The notes beneath the pieces were generated by a model. That model was not told the DNA's origin. It saw only the letters and a program-made list of their open reading frames with translations, and did not search any database. A stretch of DNA of 63,932 nucleotides, counting the filler. It is 9 parts of 9 records of this genome, joined end to end, with 100 filler letters (N's around TTAATTAATTAA, not from the genome) between each part and the next. Parts side by side here need not be neighbours in the genome. Positions count along the whole stretch, not along the records: positions 13,782 to 23,799 come from SRR31147125_32106; positions 23,900 to 29,873 come from SRR31147125_32119; positions 29,974 to 35,787 come from SRR31147125_32121; 6 more parts are not named here. One strand, written 5' to 3'. Positions 19,975 through 30,691 of the stretch are shown here, one piece after another (positions within the stretch are counted from its first letter, which is position 1; each line of letters begins with the position of its first letter). The translations under genes and the position numbers were made by a program.

Positions 19975-22829
19975 TTAAATTCAGATCCATCAAAGGCAAA
20001 CTACTGCTGTCATATATTCTTTTCTTCTCTCTATTTCTCGGGGTTGGATTTTCAATCCTCTCCGTTCAATTTAGAGAGACGTTAAAAGAGAATATCACCC
20101 GTGAACAGGAAAAGAGCAATCGCATCATCAGGGATCTGCTAAAAACCACCACCACAGTCTCCATCCAAACCCACCTCCGTGCCATTGCCGAAAAAAACCT
20201 GGAGATTGTGACACAACTCTACAAACGGACACTGTCCGGCGAATTAACCACGGATGAGGCCAAACAGAGGGCGGAAGATATACTGTTTAGTCAAACCATC
20301 GGTAAAACGGGATATATCTATTGTATTGACAGTCAGGGGATAGCGGTGCGTCACCCCAAACCCGGCGTAGTAGGAAAACGATTTGCCTACCGCCCCTTTA
20401 TTCAACGACAGATGAAGCGAAAAGAGGGCTACCTGGAATACGACTGGAAAAATCCTTCGGAATCCTCCAGCAAAGCTAAAGCCCTTTACATGTCCTACTT
20501 TAAACCGTGGGATTGGATCATCTCGGTCAGCTCATATCGAGATGAATTTCTCGATATGATCAGTGTGGATGACTTCAAAGATGATGTGCAGAGTCTTCGA
20601 TTTGGAGAAAGCGGCTACTCATTTATCATCGATGAGCTCGGCAATGTAATTATTCATCCGGAACTCAGCGGTAACCTTTCCAACAGCCCCAATGAGAACA
20701 TTCGGAAGGTGACCCTGGAGATGCGCCGGCTCAAACAAGGATTTTTGACCTACCAATGGGAAAACCCATCCGATTCGGAGTCGAGGGAGAAGTATCTCTC
20801 ATTTGATTATCTTCCGACCTACCACTGGATCATAGCTTCATCCTGCTATGTGGATGAAATCTTCGCCCCGTTGCAAAAAATTGAAAATCTGTTCCGAATT
20901 ATCCTGTTGTTCTCACTCTCCACTGCCGTACTCATCGCCGTCCTACTGAGTAAAACCATCACAAGACCGTTGACTGTTCTCATTGAAAAATTCGAGAGAG
21001 GGGGAACGGGCGAGTGGTCCGTTCGAATGCCCCTGATGAAAAGACAAAATGATGAGATCTGTCGACTCTCAAAAAGCTTTAACAAATTCATGGAAAACCT
21101 TCAGAATACCAACGATGCGTTGATGGGGGAAATTGAAAGCAGAAAAGAGGCCGAGCGTCAGCTGCTGTTATATCGAAAAGTGTTTGAAAATGCCGGCGAA
21201 GGAATTTCCATCACCGATCCCGATGCCAAAATCATTACCGTTAATCCGGCTTTCACAAAAATTACAGGCTTCCCCCCTTCGGAGGTGATTGGCCAAACCA
21301 ATAGTATTTTAAAATCCGGGACCCATGATGAAACGTTCTACTCAACCATGTGGCACACCCTCAAACAGAAGGGCCAATGGTCCGGAGAAATCTGGAATCG
21401 CAGAAGAAGTGGTGAGACCTTTCCGGAACTTCTCACCATCAGTGTCATCAAAGATCCGGAGGGAGAAGCGAGCCATTATCTGTCGATCTTTCACGACATT
21501 ACAGAGATGAAAAACAAGGAGCGCCAGATCGAATATCTGGCCTATCACGATCCCTTAACCACGCTTCCCAACAGATTGCTGCTCATTGATCGCATCAATC
21601 AGATGCTGCCCCGGGCCCAGAGAAGCAGCAGCGAAATTCTCATTATTCTCATCGACCTTGATGATTTTAAAAAAATAAACGACTCATTGGGGCATGCCGC
21701 AGGAGACCAAATGCTTCAGCAGGTGACCGAACGCCTGACAGCCGTTGTCCGGGATGAGGATACCGTTTCAAGGCTTGGTGGAGATGAGTTTGTCATCGTG
21801 GCCACGGACATCGATACTGAAAGAGAAGCCCTTCCATTGGTCAACCGACTCCGTGCTTGCTTTGAAACGCCCTTTATCCTCCACCACCATGAATTCCATA
21901 TGACCGTCAGTATTGGAATTGCCACGTTCCCATCCGATGGAGAGACCTCAGATGAGCTGATTAAAAACGCTGACCTTGCCATGTTCCAGTCCAAAACAAA
22001 AGGCAAAAACATGGTCCATCTTTTTTCATCTGAGATGGAGCAAAAAGTGATGAAAAAAGTGCAGCTGGAATCCCAGATGCGCCAAGCTCTGGAACATAAT
22101 GAATTTACCGTTTTTTTTCAACCCAGAGTGGATGCCGTCTCCGGTGACCCTGTGGGAATGGAGGCGTTGGTTCGATGGTTCACGGAAGATGGCAAGATGG
22201 TCTTTCCCAATGATTTCATCCCGGTTGCCGAAGAATCAGGCCTTATCATTCCTCTTGGAGAAAAAATCCTCAATATGGCCTGCATTGAGGCGCTCAAGAT
22301 CATGAAGAAGACCAACTGCCGGCTTCACCTCTCCGTCAATGTCTCTCCACGCCAATTTGAAGCGGAAAATTTCGAGACAGTGATTGAAGAGGCGTTGGCC
22401 AGCACTGAATTTCCACCGGAGTATCTGGAGCTTGAAATCACCGAAACCGTGCTGATGCAGGGAATTGATCGCAGTCTCGATCGGCTGAGCTTTTTTTCCG
22501 ATCTGGGCATCAAACTGGCCATCGATGATTTCGGCACCGGCTACTCTTCCATGGCTTATCTCAAGCGCCTGCCGGTATCGGTGTTGAAGATCGACAAATC
22601 ATTCATCGACAACATCACATCCGATCGAGAGAGCGCAACCATTGTGGAAACCATTTATCTGATGGCTCAAAAACTCAACCTCAATGTAGTGGCGGAAGGG
22701 GTTGAGACGGAAGAGCAGCGCGAAGTACTCAAACGACTAGGTCCCATGGAGATCCAAGGATATCTCTTCAGCCCACCCAAACCTCCGAAACAAGTGCTCG
22801 AATATATCCAAAACAAAACCCAAAATTGA
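19971..22829 (+). CDS. Membrane c-di-GMP enzyme: tandem Cache-HAMP-PAS-GGDEF-EAL
   Basis: Two TM helices; two GY..I.D..G....HP...Y.W.NP Cache repeats; PAS (VNPAFTKITG); RLGGDEF; MEALVRW; IDDFGTGYSS. Confidence 0.94.
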   Translation: MIKFRSIKGKLLLSYILFFSLFLGVGFSILSVQFRETLKENITREQEKSNRIIRDLLKTTTTVSIQTHLRAIAEKNLEIVTQLYKRTLSGELTTDEAKQRAEDILFSQTIGKTGYIYCIDSQGIAVRHPKPGVVGKRFAYRPFIQRQMKRKEGYLEYDWKNPSESSSKAKALYMSYFKPWDWIISVSSYRDEFLDMISVDDFKDDVQSLRFGESGYSFIIDELGNVIIHPELSGNLSNSPNENIRKVTLEMRRLKQGFLTYQWENPSDSESREKYLSFDYLPTYHWIIASSCYVDEIFAPLQKIENLFRIILLFSLSTAVLIAVLLSKTITRPLTVLIEKFERGGTGEWSVRMPLMKRQNDEICRLSKSFNKFMENLQNTNDALMGEIESRKEAERQLLLYRKVFENAGEGISITDPDAKIITVNPAFTKITGFPPSEVIGQTNSILKSGTHDETFYSTMWHTLKQKGQWSGEIWNRRRSGETFPELLTISVIKDPEGEASHYLSIFHDITEMKNKERQIEYLAYHDPLTTLPNRLLLIDRINQMLPRAQRSSSEILIILIDLDDFKKINDSLGHAAGDQMLQQVTERLTAVVRDEDTVSRLGGDEFVIVATDIDTEREALPLVNRLRACFETPFILHHHEFHMTVSIGIATFPSDGETSDELIKNADLAMFQSKTKGKNMVHLFSSEMEQKVMKKVQLESQMRQALEHNEFTVFFQPRVDAVSGDPVGMEALVRWFTEDGKMVFPNDFIPVAEESGLIIPLGEKILNMACIEALKIMKKTNCRLHLSVNVSPRQFEAENFETVIEEALASTEFPPEYLELEITETVLMQGIDRSLDRLSFFSDLGIKLAIDDFGTGYSSMAYLKRLPVSVLKIDKSFIDNITSDRESATIVETIYLMAQKLNLNVVAEGVETEEQREVLKRLGPMEIQGYLFSPPKPPKQVLEYIQNKTQN

Positions 22830-23082
22830 TACGACGCAAATAGGCTTTGATACTTCTCAGCCCACGGCGTCGTGGGAGATAAACTTAAAAACTTACAACG
22901 AAACACCATGACAGCCAGCCTGGCTAAATGACGAACGCAGAAAATCCGCAACTCAAAAGCCCTCATCAAATTCTTGTTTTCTTTTTTTCGGCAGGAAAAG
23001 AGAGGTAAGGTGCTAACTGACTGTCCCAACAATAATCGAAAGTTTGATTTAAACACACCATAAAAACTTTCCGATAAACTGA

Positions 23083-23799
<717 letters not shown>

Positions 23800-23899
23800 N
23801 NNNNNNNNNNNNNNNNNNNNNNNNNNNNNNNNNNNNNNNNNNNTTAATTAATTAANNNNNNNNNNNNNNNNNNNNNNNNNNNNNNNNNNNNNNNNNNNN
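23800..23899. other. Artificial contig linker
   Basis: N-run/TTAATTAATTAA/N-run. Confidence 0.99.
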
Positions 23900-24022
23900 A
23901 ATCATGGTCTGCCCATGGCAGTTATAACGGTCATGTCAGGCTCCTCCGACACAACAAAACATAAAAGTCCGAGAACCTTCAACGGCAGGGACTTTTATTA
24001 AAAAGAAAGTTCATAGCAACGT

Positions 24023-25924
24023 ATGTTCAATACATTTTTACAGCGATTGTCCATTGAAACGCCCCTATCCGACGATGACAGCCAAAAAATTACCGCTATC
24101 CATCGGAAATCAGGACATGACTTCATTGAGGCGCTTCAAACCGCCGATATCGTGGAAGAACGCCATATATTAAACGCACTGGCATCGTTGTTTGCCCTGT
24201 CGAAGATCGATCATATCGATCCCACAGCACCGCCATTGTTGGAGCGGATCAATTTAACGAACATGACGGAGATCGTTTCCAGCCATTTTTTAAAGAAACA
24301 GTGTCTGGTGCCCATGGCGGATCCGGATGGGAACATCGGCATTGCCCTCAACAACCCCGTCGATTTCGGACCGGCAGATGATCTTGCCGGGATTCTAACA
24401 CGGTTTTCATCGTCACCTAAAGAACAGGCGCAGACGACACCTGCCGACCCTGAAATGGCACATTCCGATAATCAGCAAGCAGAAATGATCCATTCAGACC
24501 ATACCGGCTCTCCAATCTCTCCCATGATACCGTCCGATATGGGGGTAGAAGGGCGAATAGACTATTTTCTGGCCCCCAAAGAAGAGATCCTCTCTGCCAT
24601 TAACTATCTCTACAGTCAAACGGATGAGAGTACCCGAAAGCTGGTGGAAAACATCGAAGAGAGCGGATCGAGCATCATCAAAGAGATTGAGGAAACGTCG
24701 GATTTGCTGGACGATACCAGTGATGCCCCGGTGATTCGCCTGGTAAACCATATGATTTCCCAGTCGGTCAAGGCAAAGGCCAGTGATATCCACATCGAGC
24801 CGTTCCAGGACACCATCAAGATTCGCTATCGCATCGACGGCATCCTCTATGATCTGTTGGAGCCGCCGAAATGGATCCAATCGGCCCTGATTTCAAGGAT
24901 CAAGGTGATGGCGGATATGGATATTGCCGAAAAGCGGATTCCCCAGGATGGTCGACTGGAGGTGCGGATGGGCCAACAGAAGATCGATATTCGTATCTCT
25001 ACGGTGCCCACGTCATTTGGAGAACGTCTGGTGATGCGACTTCTCAATAAATCGGGGATGCTGTTAGAGCTCTCCGAGTCCGGGATATCATCTGCCGATT
25101 TCGAAACGTTCAAGCGCCTGATTACTCTGAACAACGGTATCGTTCTGGTGACCGGCCCCACCGGAAGCGGAAAAACCACCACCCTGTACGCGGCCCTTTC
25201 CGCCATCAATTCGCCGGACAAAAACATCATCACCATTGAGGATCCGGTGGAGTACAATCTCAAAGGTATCGGTCAGATTCAGGTGAACCGGAAAATCGGC
25301 ATGACCTTTGCCAAGGGGCTTCGTTCCATCGTGCGTCAGGATCCGGATGTGATTCTGGTGGGGGAGATCCGGGATCTGGAGACGGCAGAGATTGCCATTC
25401 AATCGGCCCTGACCGGCCATTTGGTGTTTTCGACACTCCATACCAACGACTCTGCCGGTGCCGTCACCCGTTTGGTGGATCTCGGAGTGGAGCCGTATTT
25501 GATCACCTCATCGGTCAAAGCGATGGCCGCCCAGCGTCTGGTAAGGGTGCTCTGCCCCCATTGCAAATCGCCTTATACGCCGGATGCAAAAGAGATGCGG
25601 GCGTTGAAGATCGGGAAGAGTGATTTGAACGGAGAGGTTAACGGCCATTTGATTGGAGAATCAGATGGTCGACCCTATCAGATTTTCAACCCCAAAGGGT
25701 GTGAGAAATGCTTTGGAACCGGTTATGCCGGGCGTCAGGCCATCTTTGAAATCATGGAGATCAATGATGTCTTGAAGAGTACAATCTTGACTACGTCGGA
25801 TGCCAACCGAATCAAACAGGAAGCGTTGGAGCAGGGGATGACGACGCTTCGTCAGGATGGGTTGGCCAAAGTTCTGAACGGAGTCACCAGCATGGAAGAG
25901 GTGATGCGTGTCACTCAGGATTAA
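24023..25924 (+). CDS. gspE: Type II secretion/type IV pilus assembly ATPase
   Basis: ASDIHIEP, RIPQDGR, Walker A GPTGSGKTT, RQDPDVILVGEIRD, STLHTND and CxxC...CxxC. Confidence 0.93.
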   Translation: MFNTFLQRLSIETPLSDDDSQKITAIHRKSGHDFIEALQTADIVEERHILNALASLFALSKIDHIDPTAPPLLERINLTNMTEIVSSHFLKKQCLVPMADPDGNIGIALNNPVDFGPADDLAGILTRFSSSPKEQAQTTPADPEMAHSDNQQAEMIHSDHTGSPISPMIPSDMGVEGRIDYFLAPKEEILSAINYLYSQTDESTRKLVENIEESGSSIIKEIEETSDLLDDTSDAPVIRLVNHMISQSVKAKASDIHIEPFQDTIKIRYRIDGILYDLLEPPKWIQSALISRIKVMADMDIAEKRIPQDGRLEVRMGQQKIDIRISTVPTSFGERLVMRLLNKSGMLLELSESGISSADFETFKRLITLNNGIVLVTGPTGSGKTTTLYAALSAINSPDKNIITIEDPVEYNLKGIGQIQVNRKIGMTFAKGLRSIVRQDPDVILVGEIRDLETAEIAIQSALTGHLVFSTLHTNDSAGAVTRLVDLGVEPYLITSSVKAMAAQRLVRVLCPHCKSPYTPDAKEMRALKIGKSDLNGEVNGHLIGESDGRPYQIFNPKGCEKCFGTGYAGRQAIFEIMEINDVLKSTILTTSDANRIKQEALEQGMTTLRQDGLAKVLNGVTSMEEVMRVTQD

Positions 25925-27637
25925 TTGCCCATTATCTGTTTTTCATTCACATTCATATTCTCCTTCCCATTGCTATTGTCATACCTATCCTTATCTTGTT
26001 CTCAAAAACAGTCTCTTATGCTTCTTCTGTTTTATTATTATGGTCCATTTGTTTGGGGGGAACTCTGTACAGGCGTCGGAGGGACAACATACTTCTGAAA
26101 AATTAGAGAAAAATGGGGAAGATATAAATTTTATTTTAAAATTTTACAAAGAACACATTTCCCCTGTGGATGGGAATCGATGTTCAATGCGGCCCTCCTG
26201 TTCAAAGTATGCTCAGCAAGCCATTTCAAAACACGGAGTTGTCGTTGGGACAATGATGAGTTGCGACCGACTCATCAGGTGTGGTCGGGATGAAACGAAA
26301 TTGGCTTTCAACGGACGGTTCGTCTTTCAGGGAAGACGCTACACAAACGATTCAATTGGAGACAATGATTTTTGGTGGCATCAGCCGAAAGCGACGGTTT
26401 TAGAACCATCTTTTCCATCTTCGTCTCATTTATCCTCAGATGCGTTTCAGTCCCCATCTCAATCTTTGCCGACATCTTCAATGGCATTATCAACGGAATC
26501 TGCCGCGCTGAAACATGGGGAAAATCAAGTAAATGACGCTCTTCCCCAGAATAAAGGGCATGAATTGACCATAAATAGCGACATTCAGTATCAATATGCA
26601 CAATCGCTTTTTCAACAGAAGGCCTATGACATTGCCGTCGTGGAGTGGAGTCGCTTTATTTATTTTTTCCCTTCAGACAAAAGACATCGCGAAGCAATAT
26701 TTAAAAAGGGAATGAGTCTTTATCAGCTCAAAAAATATTTCGATGCGTTGGGAAGCTTTAGATCGCTTGTTTCCGAATCGGATTTCAATACGCCTCAGTT
26801 GGACTCCCCCATCCTCATCGATGCACTTTTCATGATCAGCGCTACGTATCTTGCAATGGATCGATATGCTTCTGCCGAGGCAACCCTTCAGAATCTATTG
26901 CTGTCCGTCGGCAGTAACGGTGATGCGCGCAATAACAGTGCTGACGGCAGCGGTAGCGATGTAAAGGGATCGGAGGATATGCTTTCGGAAGATCATCGCC
27001 AAACCATTGAGGATCATACCTTATACTCCCTGGCTTGGATTTATCTCGGGAGGACTGAAAAAAGGCATGACACCGTTAAAAAGCAAGTTCAAAAACTCCG
27101 AAAAGCCTTGGGGTATTTAGGACAAATCTCTCCCACCGGTTCTGAAAAATATCATACACCTCCACTTGAGGTGGCGATTGAAAAGAGCATTGACACGCTG
27201 ATGGCAAAGAAAAAAATCCAACGATTGCCGGATTGTTATCCATCATTCCCGGTGGAGGATTTGCTTACTGTCAACGGTATCACGATGCGTTGGCCGCGTT
27301 GTTGGTCAATGGGGCGCTTGCCTTTGCAGCCATCAAAGCATTTGAAGATGGAAATGGGGCGTTGGGCGGATTATTGACTTCCATAGAGTTCGGATTTTAC
27401 AGTGGAAATTTTTACGGCGGAATTTCTAGTGCCCATAAATACAATCGGCATCTGTTTAATTCATCCATCAATGCGTTTCGGAAGGAAAATGGCGAGAGGC
27501 TAAAAGAGGTTCCCTATCTGCCTTATGAGATATCGCTAAATGCGCCCCCTTTGGTAGAGGATATTGAAAATGGATTCATTGGAGAGCGAGGGATTCGAGT
27601 TCCATTGATTTCAGTAAGGATCCCTTTTAACTTGTAA
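25908..27637 (+). CDS. Exported YidD-like + TPR (BamD-like) + TM2-like fusion protein (frameshift at 27210-27216; start uncertain)
   Basis: YidD signature FYKEHISPVDGNRCSMRPSCSKYAQQAISKHG...DRLIRC after a hydrophobic leader ending VQA; TPR QYQYAQSLFQQKAYDIAVVEWSRFIYFFP; adding one A gives KKKNPTIAGLLSIIPGGGFAY. Confidence 0.7.
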
Positions 27638-27641
27638 AAAA

Positions 27642-27769
27642 AGGGTGTTGGAACGATTAAACTTTTTAACAATGGAATCAGATACTTGGTGTTATATGGC
27701 TTGTTGTTTTTAACCGTTTGAAATTATTGAGTTAAAACAATCAAGGAAAGACATCGATTCCAACACCTT
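27642..27769. mobile_element. MITE-like or REP-like element of about 128 bp with terminal inverted repeats
   Basis: AGGGTGTTGGAACGAT at the left end and ATCGATTCCAACACCTT at the right; perfect core GGTGTTGGAA (27644-27653)/TTCCAACACC (27758-27767); internal imperfect hairpin; non-coding. Confidence 0.45.
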
Positions 27770-28091
27770 TTAATAGTGCATGAAGTTTTATCATGGTATT
27801 CACAGATTGGGCTTGCTGCATTTCAGAGCTATGACCGACGAGAATTATTTTGATATCAAAAATCAAGATGCCCCCACAGTTGAGAAACGATTTTTCGGGT
27901 CGGAATAAAATGCCCTATTTGAGTGGTTGCTTATGAATATGGAATTTTCAGCAAGGCCACTGAAAGGTAAGTCTAATGCGACATGAGGTAAGTGATCGTT
28001 GTTTAAATCAACTCCAACGCCTTATGACGGATTTCGTTTCAATGGTTAATTACACTCAAAATCTCAAAGAACTTTCAACTCATGAGTATAC

Positions 28092-29201
28092 GTGTTGATA
28101 ATGGAAAAAACTAGATCAGATCGCAGTGCGGTATATAAACAATGGATTTTTGAGCAAACACTGGACTCTTTATATGGTAATGCACTGGCTTCCCTATCTG
28201 GGAGTCTTGCCGTAGTTTTGGTTCTTGCATGGGCCATATGGACTCTTAACACCTCGTTATCTCTATTATACTGGTCGGTCTCAGGGATATTGATAGCTGT
28301 CGCAAGATTGGCGTTGTGGATTGGATACACACGAAAAAAAGAGCGTTTGACCCCCTGGTTCTGGCTCAACAGCTATCGTTTAATGAGTCTTTTTTCCGGA
28401 ATATTAAACGGTATAGCCATGTGGTTGTTTTTTGAAAATGTTCCAGCGGAATACCAGCTCTTGATCTGTTTTTCTATTGCTGGTTTGACTGCCGCAGCTT
28501 CCGGCACCCATGCTGTTGATTTGCCGACATTTCAACTGTTCATGCTCTCTTCGTGCCTGTCTGCAATTATAAAGCTGATATCCTACGGAGAAAGGACTTC
28601 TATTGCTCTTTCCATTATGTTCGTATTTTATGTCATGGTTATGGGAAGAACCGGTTGTAAAAACAACAAGACACTTCTGCACAATTTCAAATTGACCCAT
28701 ACCATGCATTATCGGGCGACACATGACCCACTTGTAGGTTTACTAAATCGAACTGAATTTGAAAATCAGTTTGAAATTAATCGGTCATTGACATGTCACG
28801 GTATTGCCATTTTATTCCTTGATCTTGATAACTTCAAACCATTAAATGACACACTTGGTCATCAGGCAGGAGATGAGGCATTAAGACAGGTTGCAGATAT
28901 TATGGAGGAATCCCTCAGGTCAGATGATGCTGTAGCCCGCTTTGGTGGAGACGAATTTGTAACGTCTCTTTTTCTTGATGATATAAAAGAAGTTAAGAGA
29001 ATCGCAGACAATATTCTCCGGGGCATAAATAATATTTCTTTTCAGGGGCAACATAATTATTCGGGTCTCAGTGCCAGTATCGGCATTGCTTTTCACCATA
29101 ACAACAATGTGAACTATTCACGGTTGCTACATGCAGCTGATGCTGCTTGTTATCAAAGCAAAGAACAAGGAAAGAGTCGGGTAACCGTCGCATTAATATA
29201 G
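28092..29201 (+). CDS. Membrane-bound diguanylate cyclase
   Basis: Multiple N-terminal TM helices; HDPLVGLLNR, DLDNFK..NDTLGH..GD, RFGGDEF, ADAACY.SKEQG. Confidence 0.92.
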   Translation: MLIMEKTRSDRSAVYKQWIFEQTLDSLYGNALASLSGSLAVVLVLAWAIWTLNTSLSLLYWSVSGILIAVARLALWIGYTRKKERLTPWFWLNSYRLMSLFSGILNGIAMWLFFENVPAEYQLLICFSIAGLTAAASGTHAVDLPTFQLFMLSSCLSAIIKLISYGERTSIALSIMFVFYVMVMGRTGCKNNKTLLHNFKLTHTMHYRATHDPLVGLLNRTEFENQFEINRSLTCHGIAILFLDLDNFKPLNDTLGHQAGDEALRQVADIMEESLRSDDAVARFGGDEFVTSLFLDDIKEVKRIADNILRGINNISFQGQHNYSGLSASIGIAFHHNNNVNYSRLLHAADAACYQSKEQGKSRVTVALI

Positions 29202-29214
29202 AACAAAGAATGTT

Positions 29215-29522
29215 TTTTGTTCAAAAGTATTAAGTCTTAAAGACTTTCTAATACGGCGCCAGCTTTTTTTTACCAATTATTCGTTTGAGCGTGTATATGC
29301 TGATTTTTTTCCAAATAAGCTCCCAATCTTTGGCAAAGCAGTTTTTATTTGTTTTGGATTTTCATCTACTATTTCAAATATTTGGGCATATTCTGATTCA
29401 TCAATATCTGCTTTTCTTCCTTGGTCTGGAGTTCTGAGCAATGAGTTAAATCCGCGTTCTTCTCAATTCTTAAACCATGTATACACCGTCTCTGTAGTTA
29501 CGTTAAAAATTTTTGCAATATT
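29215..29522 (-). pseudogene. IS630-family transposase relic (HTH region only)
   Basis: Manual translation NIAKIFNVTTETVYTWFKN*EERGFNSLL..P.QGRK...ENPK...GKK/SIYTLKRII..K/WRRIRKSL; in-frame TGA at 29463-29465; no DDE domain follows. Confidence 0.7.
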
Positions 29523-29616
29523 AATATCAAGTATCCACTCATGAAACTCCCAATACGACCTTGTATGCATGTTGTACGGGGGCAAGGAGAAAAGGAATCA
29601 GTCATGTCTTAACTTA

Positions 29617-29658
29617 TTTGTAATGTTCTTGAAAAAATTTGTAATGTTCTTGAAAAAA
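29617..29658. repeat. Perfect 21-bp tandem duplication
   Basis: TTTGTAATGTTCTTGAAAAAA at 29617-29637 and again at 29638-29658. Confidence 0.9.
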
Positions 29659-29794
29659 AGGCTTTTTTAGCATAAGTTCTATTGATTTTGAGTGAAAGTT
29701 CTTTTTAGCGGCTTGAAATTTCATTGTTAACTTTCGGGTTACATTTGACCATGTTGGTTCACCTGAGGGGAACCGCATTAATAATGACAGTGCT

Positions 29795-29840
29795 ATCGGG
29801 ATCGGGATCGGAAAAAATGGATATTCCGATCCCGATATCG
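29795..29840. repeat. ATCGGG hexamer-based palindromic repeat (REP-like hairpin)
   Basis: ATCGGGATCGGAA (29801-29813) pairs with TTCCGATCCCGAT (29824-29836); one extra ATCGGG unit on the 5' side. Confidence 0.7.
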
Positions 29841-29873
29841 TGCTAAGTACCTGGACAGATATTCACCTGAGCC

Positions 29874-29973
29874 NNNNNNNNNNNNNNNNNNNNNNNNNNN
29901 NNNNNNNNNNNNNNNNNTTAATTAATTAANNNNNNNNNNNNNNNNNNNNNNNNNNNNNNNNNNNNNNNNNNNN
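29874..29973. other. Artificial contig linker
   Basis: N-run/TTAATTAATTAA/N-run. Confidence 0.99.
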
Positions 29974-30000
29974 GATGTTGAAAAACTGTCCGAACCGTTG

Positions 30001-30574
30001 TTATTGTCTATTGCGTTTATAGAAATAGATCACTACCAGCATTTTTGCCTTTTTATTTCCAATGCTTTTACCGGAGTGGGGGACGCAGGAATCAAAGTAG
30101 ACATTGTCTCCCGGCTCCATGATGTAGCTCTTATCGCCATAGATGAACTCCATCTTCCCTTCCATCATGTAGATGAACTCTTCGCCTTCATGGGTATACA
30201 TTTTGTTGATATCAAAAGGCGCGTAAATGATAAACGGCTCCATGTTTTTTCCCGGCTTGGTCGGAGCAAGGACGTTGTAGTCATATCCGGAGAGGTGTTC
30301 GGTTTCCTTGATCAAGTGAACATCATCGCGCTTCTGGAAACAGATCCGGGGATCGTGGGGGGGCTCCAGGCTCCGGGTGAACAGGGCGTTCACCTCAATG
30401 TTCATGGCCCCTGCGATTTTGGTCAAGGTAGAGTAGGGGGGCTTTTCGGGATCGCTCTATTCTGGAGAGATACCCCTTGGTCAGGCCGGTGATATCGGCA
30501 ATCTGTTGCAGGGTCATCTTTTTTTGCTGACGTAGTTTCTTGATATTTCGAGTGATCAGTTCTTCGTCCATCAT
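30001..30574 (-). CDS. XRE-family HTH + cupin transcriptional regulator (frameshift at 30436-30441)
   Basis: NIKKLRQQKKMTLQQIADITGLTKGYLSRIERS..AP/YSTLTKIA joined to cupin HEGEEFIYMMEG...PGDNVYFDSCVPH. Confidence 0.88.
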
Positions 30575-30645
30575 AGTCTATGCGTTTTCAATGCGTTATC
30601 ATTTGATTAAGGAATGGGCACGCAATAATTTTCCCATTTCGGATT

Positions 30646-30672
30646 AGGGGAGAGATTAAAAATCTCTCCCCT
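30646..30672. terminator. Strong hairpin just downstream of larA (terminator or stabilising stem)
   Basis: AGGGGAGAGATT-AAA-AATCTCTCCCCT, 12-bp perfect stem extendable with CCCATTT/AAATGGG; no clear U-tract. Confidence 0.55.
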
Positions 30673-30691
30673 GATCGCAAAAATGGGCAAC

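Noticed and set aside
29461-29467. In-frame TGA as possible selenocysteine or recoding
   Set aside because: It sits at a Trp-like position in a decayed IS630 fragment, and neighbouring contigs use TGA as a normal stop.
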